This document shows, piece by piece, positions 12,672-25,507 of a DNA stretch of 64,000 bases. The notes below the pieces were generated by a model. It worked only from the letters and a program-made list of their open reading frames with translations, was not told the origin of the DNA and made no database searches. Made by a program: the position numbers and the translations under genes. Origin of the DNA: Prorocentrum cordatum (lineage: Eukaryota); NCBI GenBank assembly GCA_963575745.1, contig CAUYUJ010000208.1, forward strand, positions 1 through 64,000, written 5' to 3'. Positions within the stretch are counted from its first letter, which is position 1, and each line of letters begins with the position of its first letter.

Positions 12672-14047
12672 GCTCTCTAACTCTGTTTCCCCAGCAGTCC
12701 CTGCCGTTGCCGACGACCAAATATTTCGCCCGGCTTGAGTGTTGCATCGTCTGGTTTAGTGTATTTTTGTTTTTGCAGTCGAATACCATTGTGAAGTGCA
12801 CTAGTCACTAGACTCTAGACTCTAGACCGTTAGATGGTCAACGATGTAGTTCTGAGTGGAAGTGGCTTTCAAAAGCCGCAGTTCCTGTCTGTGCTGGTCC
12901 TCGAAATGCTAGCTCTTCAGCTTTTGACGCCTCCAGCTGATTCTTACGTATTTCGTGGTGCTGGAGCGGCGTCGGCGGGTCAATGCGCACCACGTGCTAG
13001 CTGCTACGCAGGGGGTCGCTGGAGGCTAAGCTAAAGCGCTCGGGAGGGGCTGTCTCGGGAGGATGACGAGAGGGATGAGAGGGAGTGGGAGGGAGAGGAC
13101 GGGAAGGAGGAGGATGACAACGATGAGGAAGGAAAGGGATGCTCTGTTCAATTTACTCTGATGGGCCCCTCCAACCTGGCCCCGCCCGGGGCCCTAAACC
13201 CAGTGACTTGTTGTCGGTCCGCCCCCCGTTCGATGGTGAGGGGCCGAGGCTGTGTAAAACTACACGCTACACTGACAACCTGCGCAAATTGTCGCAACTT
13301 GAGCACCCGCTGAAAGTAGCCAAACGAGGAACTGTAGTCACCAAGTGAAGCTTGAGAGGGCCCGTGGGTCCAGGTGGCGCCGAGGTTCTGCGTCGAACCA
13401 GAGTCTCGTTGGTCTCGTTTGTTCTTCCTCCTGCTCCCCCCCCTCATCCTCATCTTCTTCTCTGTCCTCGCCCTCCCCCTTCCCTCCTCCTCCTCCTCGT
13501 CCTCATCCCTTTAACTTTTAGCTGTTCGACCCTACATCCCAGGTTATCCGATCTCAGAGCTTCGTTAGAGCCTGCCTAGAACCTAGCTGCTAGCTGCTAG
13601 CCTGGAGCGAGCCTGGGGCCTAGAGCCTCGAGCCTAGGTCCTAGATCATAGATCCCAGTCTATGTCTATGTCTATGTGTAAGGCCTAAGGTCTTATGGCG
13701 TAGTAGAGCTTTGAGCTCGGAGCTTGGAGCTTTAGGAAAGGAGAGCTTAGAGGCTGTGAGCTAAGGCTTATGGCTTAGAGTCTTAGAATCTAGAGTCAGA
13801 GCTTAGAATCTTAGAGCTCAGAGTCTGTCCTACTCCTCCGCCTCAGGGGTCCACTGAGTCATTTTCCTTCTCCATGTCCTCCTACGCCTCCTCTTCCGGG
13901 TCTATCGCGTTGCGGCGATTTGCGTCGCAAGCGTGAGCCGATAGTTGCCCAAGCGACCCAGCTTGAGATTTCAGCTTGAAATCCTTACACACTGTACGCA
14001 TCGATTCTACCGTTGCCATCAGTCCACACCGTCGCGTTCTGGTGACG

Positions 14048-15577
14048 ATGGCTTCCCAGGGTACCAGGGCCGACGCGAAGCGCCCCATGGACTCGGCGGA
14101 AGTTGAGGGGATACCGAACAAGCGCCAACAGTTGGAAGGACTCGGCTGCGCCGTTGGGTTCACTTGCATCTCGTGCAAAGTTTTGTCTTCAGCTGGGCAG
14201 GATTGGAACCAATACAAGGTCGTCAGCAAAGGCACTGCTTCCGAACACAAGGAGCCCATAGGCGAGTTTTGCAAGAAATGCGCGGTCGGGAGCCACGTCG
14301 GCCAGTTCAACATGACAGTCGGTGCAATTAAAGAGAAGATCCACAACGAACCTTCTTTCGGTCAGACGCTCAACCTCTGCGGTGCGGTGGCGCTCGAAAA
14401 AGGGATCCCCGTCAAGGAGCCGTTCCAAGAGCAATCGACCAACGCCGTCCAGCGCAATTCCACCTACTTCAAGCAATGCGGTTTCCTGGCAACGGCGCGG
14501 GAGGTGAAGAATCAGTACGGCAGGGCGCCGGAAGAGATGGGTCTCGAGATGGTCACCAAGAAAGGCCGGTTCGGCACGGAGACCGGTTATCCCATCCAAG
14601 ATCGCAGCAAGAGGTCCAAGCTCGTTAGTGCAATCGAAGTTGGCAATGAGCTTCAGACTGCAATCGCCAATCCCAATCGCCAGGTCAGGGGGGATCAGGG
14701 GCAGGACGTCTTCGCGCACGCGGCGCAGAAGGCCATGGGGAGCGACGTCTTCTACAGCGCCCAGCAGTTCGAAGCCAGGGTCAGCCAGCTGGCCAAGGCG
14801 GAGGCGGCGGCTTTATCTACTGCGGCCGCTTCGTCAGGCGGTGCCGCCGCCGATCAGAGAGAGGTAGCCCTCGACGAGGCAGCGGCGACGCTCGAATGCG
14901 AGGGGATCATGGTGGATCTAGCAGAAGACTCGGTTGCAGAAGTGACTCCATCGAAGCAAAAGGTTGGCCGCGGCAGCCGCGGCGGCCGCGGTAGTCGCAG
15001 CGGCCGCGGCCAGGGTGCGGCCAACCCGCCCAAGGCCAAGGCGTTGGCGTCTACCAGCCATCCAGCCTGCAGCCCTGGCCACGGCGTCGACGGCGCCTCA
15101 GATGATGATTGCAAAACAGCGATTACCATTGGCGGCGAGGGGAGCTCGCGTCGGAGGGAGACAGGCGTTGGAGTGTCTGAGTACATTAGGCGGTGCTCGA
15201 ACTACCAGAGTATCTTGGCGGGCGACTCACCGAACATTGGCGGGGACCTCTACCAAGTCAGCCGCCAGATGCAAAGTTTGAAGAGGAGCGGTGGGGGCAA
15301 TGTTTCGGGTGCTGCGAATACTGTACTCTACGGAAAGTTGTCGGCTGCTTGGGAGAACGATGCAAAATGCAAGGAGTTCGCCCCTTCCAACATCATGAAC
15401 CCGAAGGTGCTCGATGCGGAGGTGGGCTTGCCGGCCCTCGCGCAGAGCATCTCCAAAGTTTGTCCGATCTTTCCGACCGTGACCAAAATTGCTTTGTGGA
15501 AGCGTTGCCTGATGGACGCTTCCGCAGAGGCGAACTGGAAGGTTGTGAGCGACCTCTTGATGCCTGAGCTGCCCGAG
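14048..15577 (+). CDS. Large 5' exon of an uncharacterised host gene with an N-terminal Cys4 zinc-finger-like motif
   Basis: Complex ORF inside 13976..15772 with CISC..W..GEFCKKC. It turns low-complexity after LPE, at a candidate GA donor (GAG|GATCG, 15578). Confidence 0.7.
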
Positions 15578-16499
15578 GATCGTTCCCGGCTCGGGCTCCT
15601 CCTCCTCCTCCTCTTCCTCGTCCTCCTCCCACCTCCTCCTGCCGATTCCCACCTCCCACCTCCTACCTCCTCTCATTTACCTCCTAGGTCCTCGGTCCTT
15701 AGGTCCTACCTCCTACCTCTTACCTGGTCCTACCTCCTACATCTTACATTCTTGCATCCTAATAACAACTAGTAGCTAATCTATTATCCTCATCTTTCTC
15801 CTCATGCTACTTATCCTCTCCCCACCTCCTGCCTGCTCCTCCCTGGCCCGACCTACCTCCATGATCCACGCCTGAGGGCCTAAGGGCCTCAGGAGGATAA
15901 TAAGGGCATGGCTTTGCAGCGAAGGCTTCGTCAGATCATTGTTTTCATAATTTGCCCTCGGCCCTTCGGCTGTTGCTCCCAACGTTTCGAGGTGATCCTT
16001 GACGCTTCGCGCAGCGTATCGCCGCCCCGTCAGCTTCCTCCGTCGCTGAGCGCCACTGGCCTTGGGCCGGGGAGGCAGCCGCGTGTGCCAGAGTACAGGA
16101 GCACAGGATGGGGGGCAGTGATTGGCGGGGGCAGGGTCACTAATCCTCCCCCTCTCCTCTCGTCGTCCTCTTCCTCCTCGCCCTCGTCCTCCTGCTCTGT
16201 GAGTCCTCTCCTCTTGGGCTCATGGGCTGTCCCCTCTCCTCCCGCCTCGCCCTGCTGTTTTTCATCATCCCCTTCCTCCGCCTATTCCTACAGCGTCTTG
16301 AATGGCTTCGTTAGCACCCTCGCGGAATCATCGACATCATTGCCGTTCGCCAGCATCATAATCATCACCAGCATCAAAGCCACCATCAGCATGCTGATTT
16401 GCATCATCGGCATCCAAATCATTGTCGCCATCGTCATCACCCTCGCCAAGATCATGGGGATCACCATCGCCATGGTAATCATCATGACAGTCATTCGGG

Positions 16500-16865
16500 C
16501 CCTCATCAACACACTTATCAGCATCGTCGTCGTCATAATCCTCCTCTGCCTCCTCCTCCTCCTCCTCCTCCTAATCATCATCATAATCACCATCATCACC
16601 ACCATCATCACCATCACCATCATCATCATTTTCATCGGCGTCATCCTCAACATCACCAGTCACCATCAGCATCATCATCACCATCACCATCACCATCATC
16701 ATCATCAGCAGGAACATCATCATCATCACCATCACCATCATCATCATCACCATCATCATCCATCATCATCACCATCATCATCATCGCCATCATCTTCTTG
16801 ATTGTCATCATCACCACCGTCACCATCATCATCATCATCATCATCACCGTCAACTACACCAGCAT
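16500..16865. repeat. (CAT/CAC)n microsatellite
   Basis: Runs of catcatcac; the poly-H/I/S ORFs here are artefacts. Confidence 0.9.
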
Positions 16866-17574
16866 CACCATTGTCGCCCATCGCGACCACGATCGAGCTC
16901 CCTTGCTTCTTCGGTCCCTGCGGCTGCCATGGCGGCCCCCTCTCTGGAGGAGGTCAGGGCCGCGTGCGCGCGGGGCCCGTATGCGCCCCTCGCCTTCCGC
17001 CCCTCGGCAATTCGAGGCCGCGTCTGCGGCCTCGACCTTCCCGACCGCCCGGATGGGCAGGCGGGCAGTGTGCCCGCGGCGCCCTGGCCGGCGCCCAGGC
17101 CACCATCGGCGTGGCCAAATTGGGCGCCCGCCTGGCTGGAGCTGCCGCTGCCCCACCGGCAGCCCCTGGGCGGCTGGTGGTGGGCGGCGACGGCGGGGGC
17201 ACCAGAGGTCTGGTTCCTCCCTGCGCGGGCCTCTCGGGCGGACCGCGGCCGCGCCGACCCGTGCGCGGTCGCGATGGCGTGGGCAACGCCACAGGGCCCC
17301 GAGCGCCCCTGGGCTCGCAAGAACACCCCCCGCACACCACTCACATGGATCGTGCCCCACGGGCGCCCCACCCGCCAGGTACGTATGGTACGCGAGGCTG
17401 GTGGAGGAGGGCGCCTCGGCTGGCGGCGGCGCTTGAGGACCGTCCGCCGCGCTGGGTCTGCAATACAAACATTAACAATGAATCATCACCAATCATCACC
17501 ATCCATCACCATTGACCACCTCCCCTGCCCCCTCCCGCTGCTCCATCACTTACACTTTTCTTCTCTCTCTAGCT

Positions 17575-17892
<318 letters not shown>

Positions 17893-18241
17893 GCCTGCCC
17901 GTGTGCACGCGTGGCCCCGCGTCCACGGTGTCAGGGCGCGGGGGCGGGGGGTGCCCCGTCCCTGCGCGCCGCGCTGCGGCCGAGCGCCCAACTGGCGGTC
18001 TGCCAAGCCGCCTAGCCACGTGTCCGCACGTCGCCTTTCTTGTTGGGGCCTTCTTCGTCACGCGGTCTGACACGTGAGATCTTCACAGTCTGTCCGCCGT
18101 CCGTAGCTTCAGACGCAATGCGCCGGGGGAGGGGGTCTGTTGCCCGCCCTCGTATCTTAAGGCTGCACCGCCGCTAATAGTGTTTTGCGGGTTGTCGCAC
18201 CGCAGTGCGCCTCGCGGACGGACCCTGGTCCGCCTACTTGT

Positions 18242-18525
<284 letters not shown>

Positions 18526-19206
18526 TTAGCGCAGGTGCAGTGGCCTCCCTCCACCCCCAGGCCGTCGCCCTCTCGCCCCTTCCGCTGCTCCTTCAGTCCC
18601 CCCCCAGGCCCCCGCCAATCCATGACCTTTGAAAGGCTGGTTCACCGCGGTAAGCACTTGCCTAGGGCTTAGGGCCTAAGGGGGTGCTCTATCTATGGAT
18701 GGCTATGGGCCTAGGGCCTAGCGGCTATGGCATGGCTATGGGTTATGGGTTACGGTTATGGTAGCTAGCGGCTAAGCGGCTATGGGGCTATGAGGGGGGC
18801 CCGACTTGGGGGACTTCATGAGGAGGCTTCGTGGGAAGGCGCCCTGTAGGGGAGGCTCTATTTCAGAGGCTCTCGAGGGCCAGCTTTTCCGGGAACTTGC
18901 AGAATCCGCGGGGGGCTCGCCCCCGCAAATTTTGCGGGATTTTGCAAAATCAACGGGGGTATCTTGGGGTTCTCCTGTGGTTGTGCCGGGGCTGCGCCGA
19001 ATTCCTCAAGGGCAATGTTGGGGATCCCTTGGGGCCCTCCGCGGGGGCCTCTCGGGCAGTCTTGGGGCTCTCTTGGGGCGCCTAGCTGGCTGGGGCGTCT
19101 CTTCGGCTTGTCGTAGTAGGGAGTAGGGAGTAGGGCCGTCTTGGGGAGTGGGGCCGTCTTGTGGGTTTCTAGGCTCAGGCTCAAGGCCGGTCAGGTTCGG
19201 AGGACC

Positions 19207-20918
19207 ATGGCGGAGGAGCCACCGCCCAAGCGCCACCGGCCCGATGAGCCGGGCGACGTCTGGCAATTGCTGGTCGGCGAGGTGGCATCGGCCGCCGAGG
19301 CCGCCTCGGCCGCCGAGGCGCCCCACGCTGCCAGAGAGGCCGAGGCCGCGCCCGCTGCCTCGCACCAGGTCGCCGTGGCCACGACCTCCGCCGACGCGGT
19401 GGACGCCGCGGAGAGCGAGGCCGCGGCGGCCTGGCGGGAAGCGATTCACGCGCGAGGGGCGTGGGTCATGCTGGAAACGGGGTCAAAGAGGCAAAGGGCG
19501 AAGGCGTTGGAGCACCAGCGCCAGGCAGACCGCGCGTGCGATTCATGGCGGGAGTCGCACGAGCGCGCCAAGGTTCGGGGGGGGGGGGCCTTTCGCCTGC
19601 ACGTCCGCGAGCCGACCATTGCCAGGTTTCGCGCCTGGCCATGGTCGGCGCGCTGGCTTGCAGGCGAGGTGCCCTCCGCGAGGCGCTGCGGTATCCTCCG
19701 ACCGAGGAGGAGGCAGAGAAGCTCTGGTCACCAAACGTTTTCAATTGAGGACGCCGGCCAAAACGGCGGAGTACGCGGAGGGGGGATGAGGGGTCCAGGT
19801 GGCTCCAGGTCGGCTCCAGGTTATAGAGACTCCAGCGGCTCGACTCTAGCGGCTCTAGCGTTGGTTTCGCGATTCTCATTGCAAGCTTCCGACATTAAGG
19901 GCGCGCGTAAGAGGATGATTGGCATGAGTAAGAGGATGCTTGAAACTAGTGAATTAATGTACTGGATCATACTTGAAACGTGAAAATCGCGCAATGTAGG
20001 AAATACTCCCCATGCTCGAAATACTCTTGTTTGAATGCCAACCATTTTCGAATAACGATAGTTCAGACGACACTCTAATCGAAAGAAAACTGCTGTGGAC
20101 ACGCCCGTGATCCACGGTAGACAGTTCGACGGCCACCACGCCGCCACGCCACCACCCACCAGACCATCTTGGAGCCGTCTTGGGGCCCCATCGCGAGGAT
20201 CTACTACAGGCTACAGGTGTAGATCTCCACCCTGGGCCCCAGCCTGGAGCCCACAGAGGCATTCTTGGGGCCCTCACCTCTTGGGGCCTTCTCGGGGGCC
20301 CAGTGGCCGCGCGGGACATTTCGGCCCAAAAGCCGTCGAGCTGCCTCGGCATGTCGGGGTACTCGCCGCTGTCGGGGGGTTCGGGATCAGAACTCGATGG
20401 CTCGGCGTCGCCGCAGCCGCAGTCGCGTGCCGAGTCCGGAGTACCGCTCCCCCCTCCGACGCCGACCCCGACGCTATCCCCTGCCGTCACGATTCGAGGT
20501 GCTCCTCATCGACCAACGATTGGAGATGCTCCTTATGTACCAAGCGACCCGACTGGCCCCGCGCCGACCGATGCCGACACCGATCCCGACACCGATCCCG
20601 ACGACACCGAACCCCGACGCCGACCGTCGACGTCAGCCCGACCCTGACGCCGATTCTCCATCATCGCCAACATCTCCGCCAATCGCGGACCCCCGACGGC
20701 GTCGCCAGGGGGGCCCCGACGCCGAGCCCCCGCCAGCCCCGCCCAACGCCCCGCGCACCCCAACGCCGACCCGCTCGCCGACCAGGATTCCTGACCCCAG
20801 CCCCGCGCCGAGCTCCTCGCCGACCCAGCTGCCCAGCCCCAGCGTCCTCAGCAGACCCCCACCCAGCAGCCCGACCGAGATCCCGGTCGACTGGGATTAC
20901 GACGACGACGAGTTCTGA
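19207..20918 (+). CDS. Putative small spliced gene of unknown function, apparently nested in the host-gene intron
   Basis: Exon MAEEPPPKRHRP...HERAK ends at an AAG|GTTCGG donor (~19573). A possible last exon ends VDWDYDDDEF* at 20918. Joining of the exons is not established. Confidence 0.4.
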
Positions 20919-21379
20919 ACAGGAGCTCGCCGCGGAGGGGGAAGAGAGAAAGGAGGAGGAAGAGAGAACTAAGTAAGAGGAGGAGGAAGGAGGAGGAGGA
21001 AGAGGAAGGAGAAGAAAAATAAGAGGTAGAGGAATAATCAGAGCCCGACCGTGAAACTCCGACTCGGGCGAAGCGTCAGCGCGCAACCTTTTTTACTACC
21101 CTCGCGGAGCCATCTTGAGGCCCTCTTGGAGCAGTCTTGGAGCTCCTTCCCTCCGCGCCTCCCTGCCCCCCTCCCACCCCCCCCATTGACCCGCGCACTG
21201 GAAGGCGCGAAGGGGGGGGGCAGAGGCAAGTGTTGGCCCTCGCGACATTCTGGCCAGAACGCGCCCCTCATCCCCCGGGGGCGGCGGGCGAGTCGGGCGA
21301 AACCCTGCGTGATGAGGAACGATCGGCGCGGCGCCCTTCGCTCTCGTTCCTTTCGCCGCAAGCGGCGCTCCTCCAACGC

Positions 21380-21730
21380 AACCCCCCAGCGCGACCCCAC
21401 AGCGCAACCCCCCAGCACAACTCCCCCGCCACGACCCCTCAACATTAGCCCCCCAGCACAAGTCCCCGGCACAGCCCCCCAGCACGATCGCCCAGCCCCC
21501 CCCACACCGCGACCCTCCGACACTGTCCTCCAACACAACCTCCCAGCACGACCCCCCCAACGCGACCCCCCGGCACAACCCCCCCCATCCGCTTTCCCGC
21601 GCACCCTCCCAGCACGACCCCCCAGCACAGCCCCCAGCACGTCCCCCCGGCACAACCCCCCAGCACAACCCCGCAGCACAAGCCCCCAGCACAACCCCCA
21701 CAAGAAGCAAATTGACCCCCCCAGCACGAC
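21380..21730. repeat. Degenerate minisatellite of cccc(a/g)gcac(a/g)a units
   Basis: Many cccccagcac motifs at ~20-40 bp spacing. Confidence 0.75.
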
Positions 21731-22049
21731 CGCCAAGCGCGACCGCAATGATTCGCGGCGCGTTGACTTAGACACTTAGACTCAGACACCTTGTTTTGTT
21801 ACATGCCGCGTCGTGGCTCTGGTTTTTGTTTTTCGGATTCCCAGTCTTGTTCTCTGCCCCGCCTCGGGGTTGCACATGATTGGTTTAAATTTCTACTTTG
21901 TCGCGATGCAGAGAATTGTTGATTTTTTTGTTTCTGAGAGCCTTGTGTCTTTTTGAATCCCCTGCAACCCGAGGCCTGGACAGGCCGAGGGGTTGAACCA
22001 TTCTGCCAGTCGGTTGGCCCAGGGACCTGACCACAGCCCTCAATAGGAT

Positions 22050-22305
22050 CTGGCCCTAAGGCCCTAGGGCCTAGGGCCTAGGGTCCCAGAGGTCCCAGAG
22101 GTCCTAGGCCCCTGCCCTCCCTAGACTCCAGACTCTAGGCCCTAGGCCCTCGGCCCTCGGCCCTGGGCCCTGGGCCCTAGGCCCTTAGGCCTTAGGCCCT
22201 AGCCCCTAGGCCCTAGGCCCTTAGGCCCTTAGGCCCTTAGGCCCTAGGGAGGCCCTAGGCCCGAGGCCATGCCCTTGGGCCCTAGGGCCCATAGGGCCCT
22301 AGGCG
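22050..22305. repeat. ggccctag/ggcccttag degenerate satellite (also ~34170-34425 and ~36205-36275)
   Basis: CTAG-containing 7-9 bp units lying between predicted exons. Confidence 0.8.
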
Positions 22306-22356
22306 GCCCCCAAGCTTCATAGCTTCATTATTTATCCGCTCCCCCCCTGCCGCCAG

Positions 22357-22415
22357 GAGGTCAATTCTACCAGGAGTCCAAGTCCATCCACCGTGTTCCT
22401 CAGCGATTTGGTATC
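22357..22415 (+). pseudogene. 5' half of the host exon interrupted by element 1
   Basis: CAG acceptor at 22354-22356. Reads EVNSTRSPSPSTVFLSDLV+tc and joins in frame to 33057 (tc|a gag ctc). Confidence 0.75.
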
Positions 22416-22801
22416 GTGAGCGAACAGCCGAGGCACGAATGCTGTCTCGCGGGCACAGCAGCGAGGACGCGATGCGCGTGCGTCCGCGCGCCCCGCAGCG
22501 AGCGCGTGAGGTTGCGAGGGGCGCTTCGCCGCGAGGCGACGACACGCGAAACGCGAGAAAGATGGAGCCGCGGTTTTGTCGGATGCGCCGCGGCTAGGTC
22601 GCCGCGGAGGGAGCGCACGCGAGCGTTCACCGCGGCACCGGCCAGCCTTGCCGCGCACAGGAACAGTCATGCGTGGCGGCTAGGCCGCCGCGGAGGGAGC
22701 GCGCGCGACCCGTCCGCGGCGCCGACCAGCCTTGCCGCTCGCAGGTTCCATAATTGTTTGCGGCAGGCGGGGCGCCCATCTTCCTGTGGGCGCGTTTCGC
22801 C
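22416..22801 (+). repeat. Split direct repeat A1 (386 bp) of element 1
   Basis: gtgagcgaacag...gcgtttcgcc; no difference from A2 seen by eye. Confidence 0.95.
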
Positions 22802-24366
22802 TGCCGTTTCGGGCCCTGGCCCCGCGGCGTTTCGCTCTGGCCCCGTGTCCCTGGCCCTTTCTCTCTCGCCCTTCTGTCCTTCGGTGTCCTCCCGCCCCCT
22901 CTCGCGCCTGGCCCTTTCCCCTCTGCTTCGCTCCGCTCTCGCCCCGGCCCGCCTCTTGCCTCTCGCCCCGCGGCCCGCCGCCGGCCCTGTTCTCGGCCCC
23001 TCGGCCTCCCGTTCTGTCCCGCCGTCGGTCCCTTCGCTCGGTCTCTCGGTCCTGCCGTCCTCCCGCGCGCCGGTCTCCGCGCCGTCCGCCCCGCCGCGCG
23101 TCGGCGGGTCGCTCGCCCTCCGCTTCGCCCGCCGCGCGCGCAGGTTCCTCCTCCTTCTCCCGCGCGCGCGCAGGACAACCGCGGCCCCGCCGAGGCGGGC
23201 GGGCCGCGTTGGCTCAGCGCGCGCAAGACCAATCGCGGCCCCGCCGAGGCGGGCGGGCCGCGCTCTCGCGCGCGTGCAGATTGATTTCGACCCGCCGAGG
23301 TGGGCGGGCCGCGCGATGCGCCCAGGCCGAAGGGCGCCCCGTTCTGGCCCCGTCGCCGCGTCGTCGTGTCGTCGTTGGCGCGTCGCGCCGCCGCCGCCGC
23401 CGCTGCTGCCGCTGCGCCGTCGCGTCCGTGTCGCGTCGGCTCGTCGTGCTCTGTCGCGTCGTCGTCGGGGCGTCGTGCTGCCGCTCGCCGCTGCCGCCGG
23501 TGTGTCGCTGCGGCCGTCGCCGTCGTGCCCGCCGCCGCCGCTGCGGTGGCCGCCGCCGCCGCCGCCGCTTCGTGTCCCGCTTCCGCTTTGGCCCCGGCGG
23601 GGCCTGCCCCGGCTCCGGTGGGGCCCGCTCCGGCCCTGGTGGCGTCCCGGTCCCTCCCTGGGCGCGGTGCTCCGCTCCTTCGTCGCCTCTGCTGGACGCG
23701 GCTCGTTTCGCGGCGGGTGCGCTGGGTCCCGGGCCGGCGCCCCGTCCGCTCCTCGTCGTTTTGCTTGGCTCGAAAGTTCTTTTCTGCCCATGGTCGGGCA
23801 TCTGCGCAAGTGTGCGCACGGGGCTCGTGGACTCGCGGCAGGAGATCTGGGTTGTTGTGACACCCAGACTACCTGCTGCAAGTCCGCGAGTACCCACCCC
23901 GGCGCCTCGCGCCCGCACTGGCGGGCAGGCGGACCGCCGGGGACATCCGTACCTGCGTTCGGCTCGTGTCGGTCGGCCCGGATCGGCCCCGGTGCCAGGC
24001 CGGCCCGTCCGGACTCCTGCAGAGACGGCGACTCGCGTTGCCCGTGCAGTCCCGGTCGAGCGCGCCAGACGCAGCGCGCGCGCGACCAGGTCGATGTTAA
24101 AGTCGCGGCGCCAGCGAGCCCGTTTCCCGCAGTGGCAGATCTCGTGGAGGTTGGGCTCGCAGCGCGCCCCAGCAGCGGCCGCGGCGGTGCGCGGTAGGAC
24201 ATGGAAAAGGATTTAGACGGCTTGCGCCAACCAGGCAAGGGAGATGTGGAGTGTGATCGGGCCCATCGGGGATCACGCTGACTCCACTAGCGTCGGCCCA
24301 CTGAGGCCAGGACACGGCACGACCAGGCAAGGTGGCGATGCCCGGATCATCATCTCCGGGGGGCGC

Positions 24367-24971
24367 TCGGCCCACTGGGGCCCCGCCCGCACCGGCACGT
24401 TCGATTGAACGTGACCGGTGGGTCCACTGGGACCCCTTCAGGGAGCAGCGTGCACGCCCATGTTGGCTTTGCCCGTACCGGCGCGCTCACTGGACGCGAC
24501 CGGTGGTCCACTGGGACCCCTCTCCCTCCGCTCAAGGGCTGCAGGCAGGCCCACTGGGGCCCTGCCTGCACCGGCGCGATCGATTGGACGTGTCCGGTGG
24601 GTCCACTGGGACCCCATCAGGGAGAAGCGAGCAAGCCCACGTTGGCTTTGCCCGTACCGGCGCGCTCACTGGACGCGACCGGTGGTCCACTGGGACCCCT
24701 CTCCCTCCGCTCAAGGGCTGCACGCAGGCCCACTGGGGCCCTGCCTGCACCGGCACGATCGTTGGACGTGACCGGTAGGTCCACTGGGACCCCTTCAGGG
24801 AGCAGCGAGCAAGCCCATGTTGGCTTTGCCCGTACCGGCGCGCTCACTGGACGCGACCGGTGGTCCACTGGGACCCCTCTCCCCCCCGCTCAAGGGCTGC
24901 AGGCAGGCCCACTGGGGCCCTGCCTACACCGGCACGATCGTTGGACGTGACCGGTTGGTCCACTGGGACCC
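24367..24971 (+). repeat. Tandem repeat in the element 1 leader, ~179-bp unit x ~3.2, each unit made of two related halves
   Basis: ttg(g/a)acgtg(a/t)ccggt.ggtccactgggacc at ~24405, 24584, 24762 and 24941; the ggtccactgggacc core occurs twice per unit. Confidence 0.9.
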
Positions 24972-25507
24972 GCTAGCCCTATGTTCTCCCAGGACGGCCT
25001 TTTGGTGGCCCCGCTCCTGGGTGACAGTGACGCGCCAAGGCCTGGCGCCCCGTTCGGGGCAGCGGACACCCGGCGCGAGCTGCGGGAGCAAGCGGCACCG
25101 ACAGCTGAGAACGACGGACGGCCGGCGGCTCCGGCGGACGGTCCGGGCGGGGCGGTCCGGCTCGCTTACGAGGCTCCGCCATCCCGCCCGCCCCCCCCGC
25201 TCTCCGGGGCCCGCGTGTCGGGATTCGTGGCGCATGCGTGATCTCGCGCGCAGGCGGACTCGGGCCCCGTTACCGTTCCCGTCGCCGGTCGCACGTCGGT
25301 TTCTCCGAGGCTTGCATTCGATCGTGCTTCGTGGCGGCTTCGCCGTGTCGGCCTCGGCCTCGTCTTTCCCGAGGCTCTCGCCCACCCGCCGACCCGCCAG
25401 TCCCGGTACCTCGTGTTCCGCGAACGTGCGACAGAGCGAGCCGCGCCGCGCGGACAGTGCAGCGGACTCCAGGTTTCCCTTCGTTCGCCGCGCAAACAAT
25501 TGCCGCC

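Noticed and set aside
22050..22305. Telomeric repeats
   Set aside because: The units are irregular ggccctag variants rather than a regular TTTAGGG array, and they recur in several introns.
22416..22420. GTGAG as a 5-bp target-site duplication
   Set aside because: The internal B1-A2 junction shows that GTG belongs to both element ends, and only the no-duplication join keeps the host exon open.
22416..24238. Long ORFs of 494-593 aa in the element 1 leader, and 692-763 aa ORFs at 52924-55220
   Set aside because: Arg/Ala/Pro-rich, open in several frames and without motifs, as expected from extreme GC content and repeats.
24367..24971. CRISPR-like array (recurring ggtccactgggacc)
   Set aside because: The intervening sequences are themselves repeated, there are no cas genes, and the context is eukaryotic. 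It is a tandem repeat; the same applies to 53450-54120.
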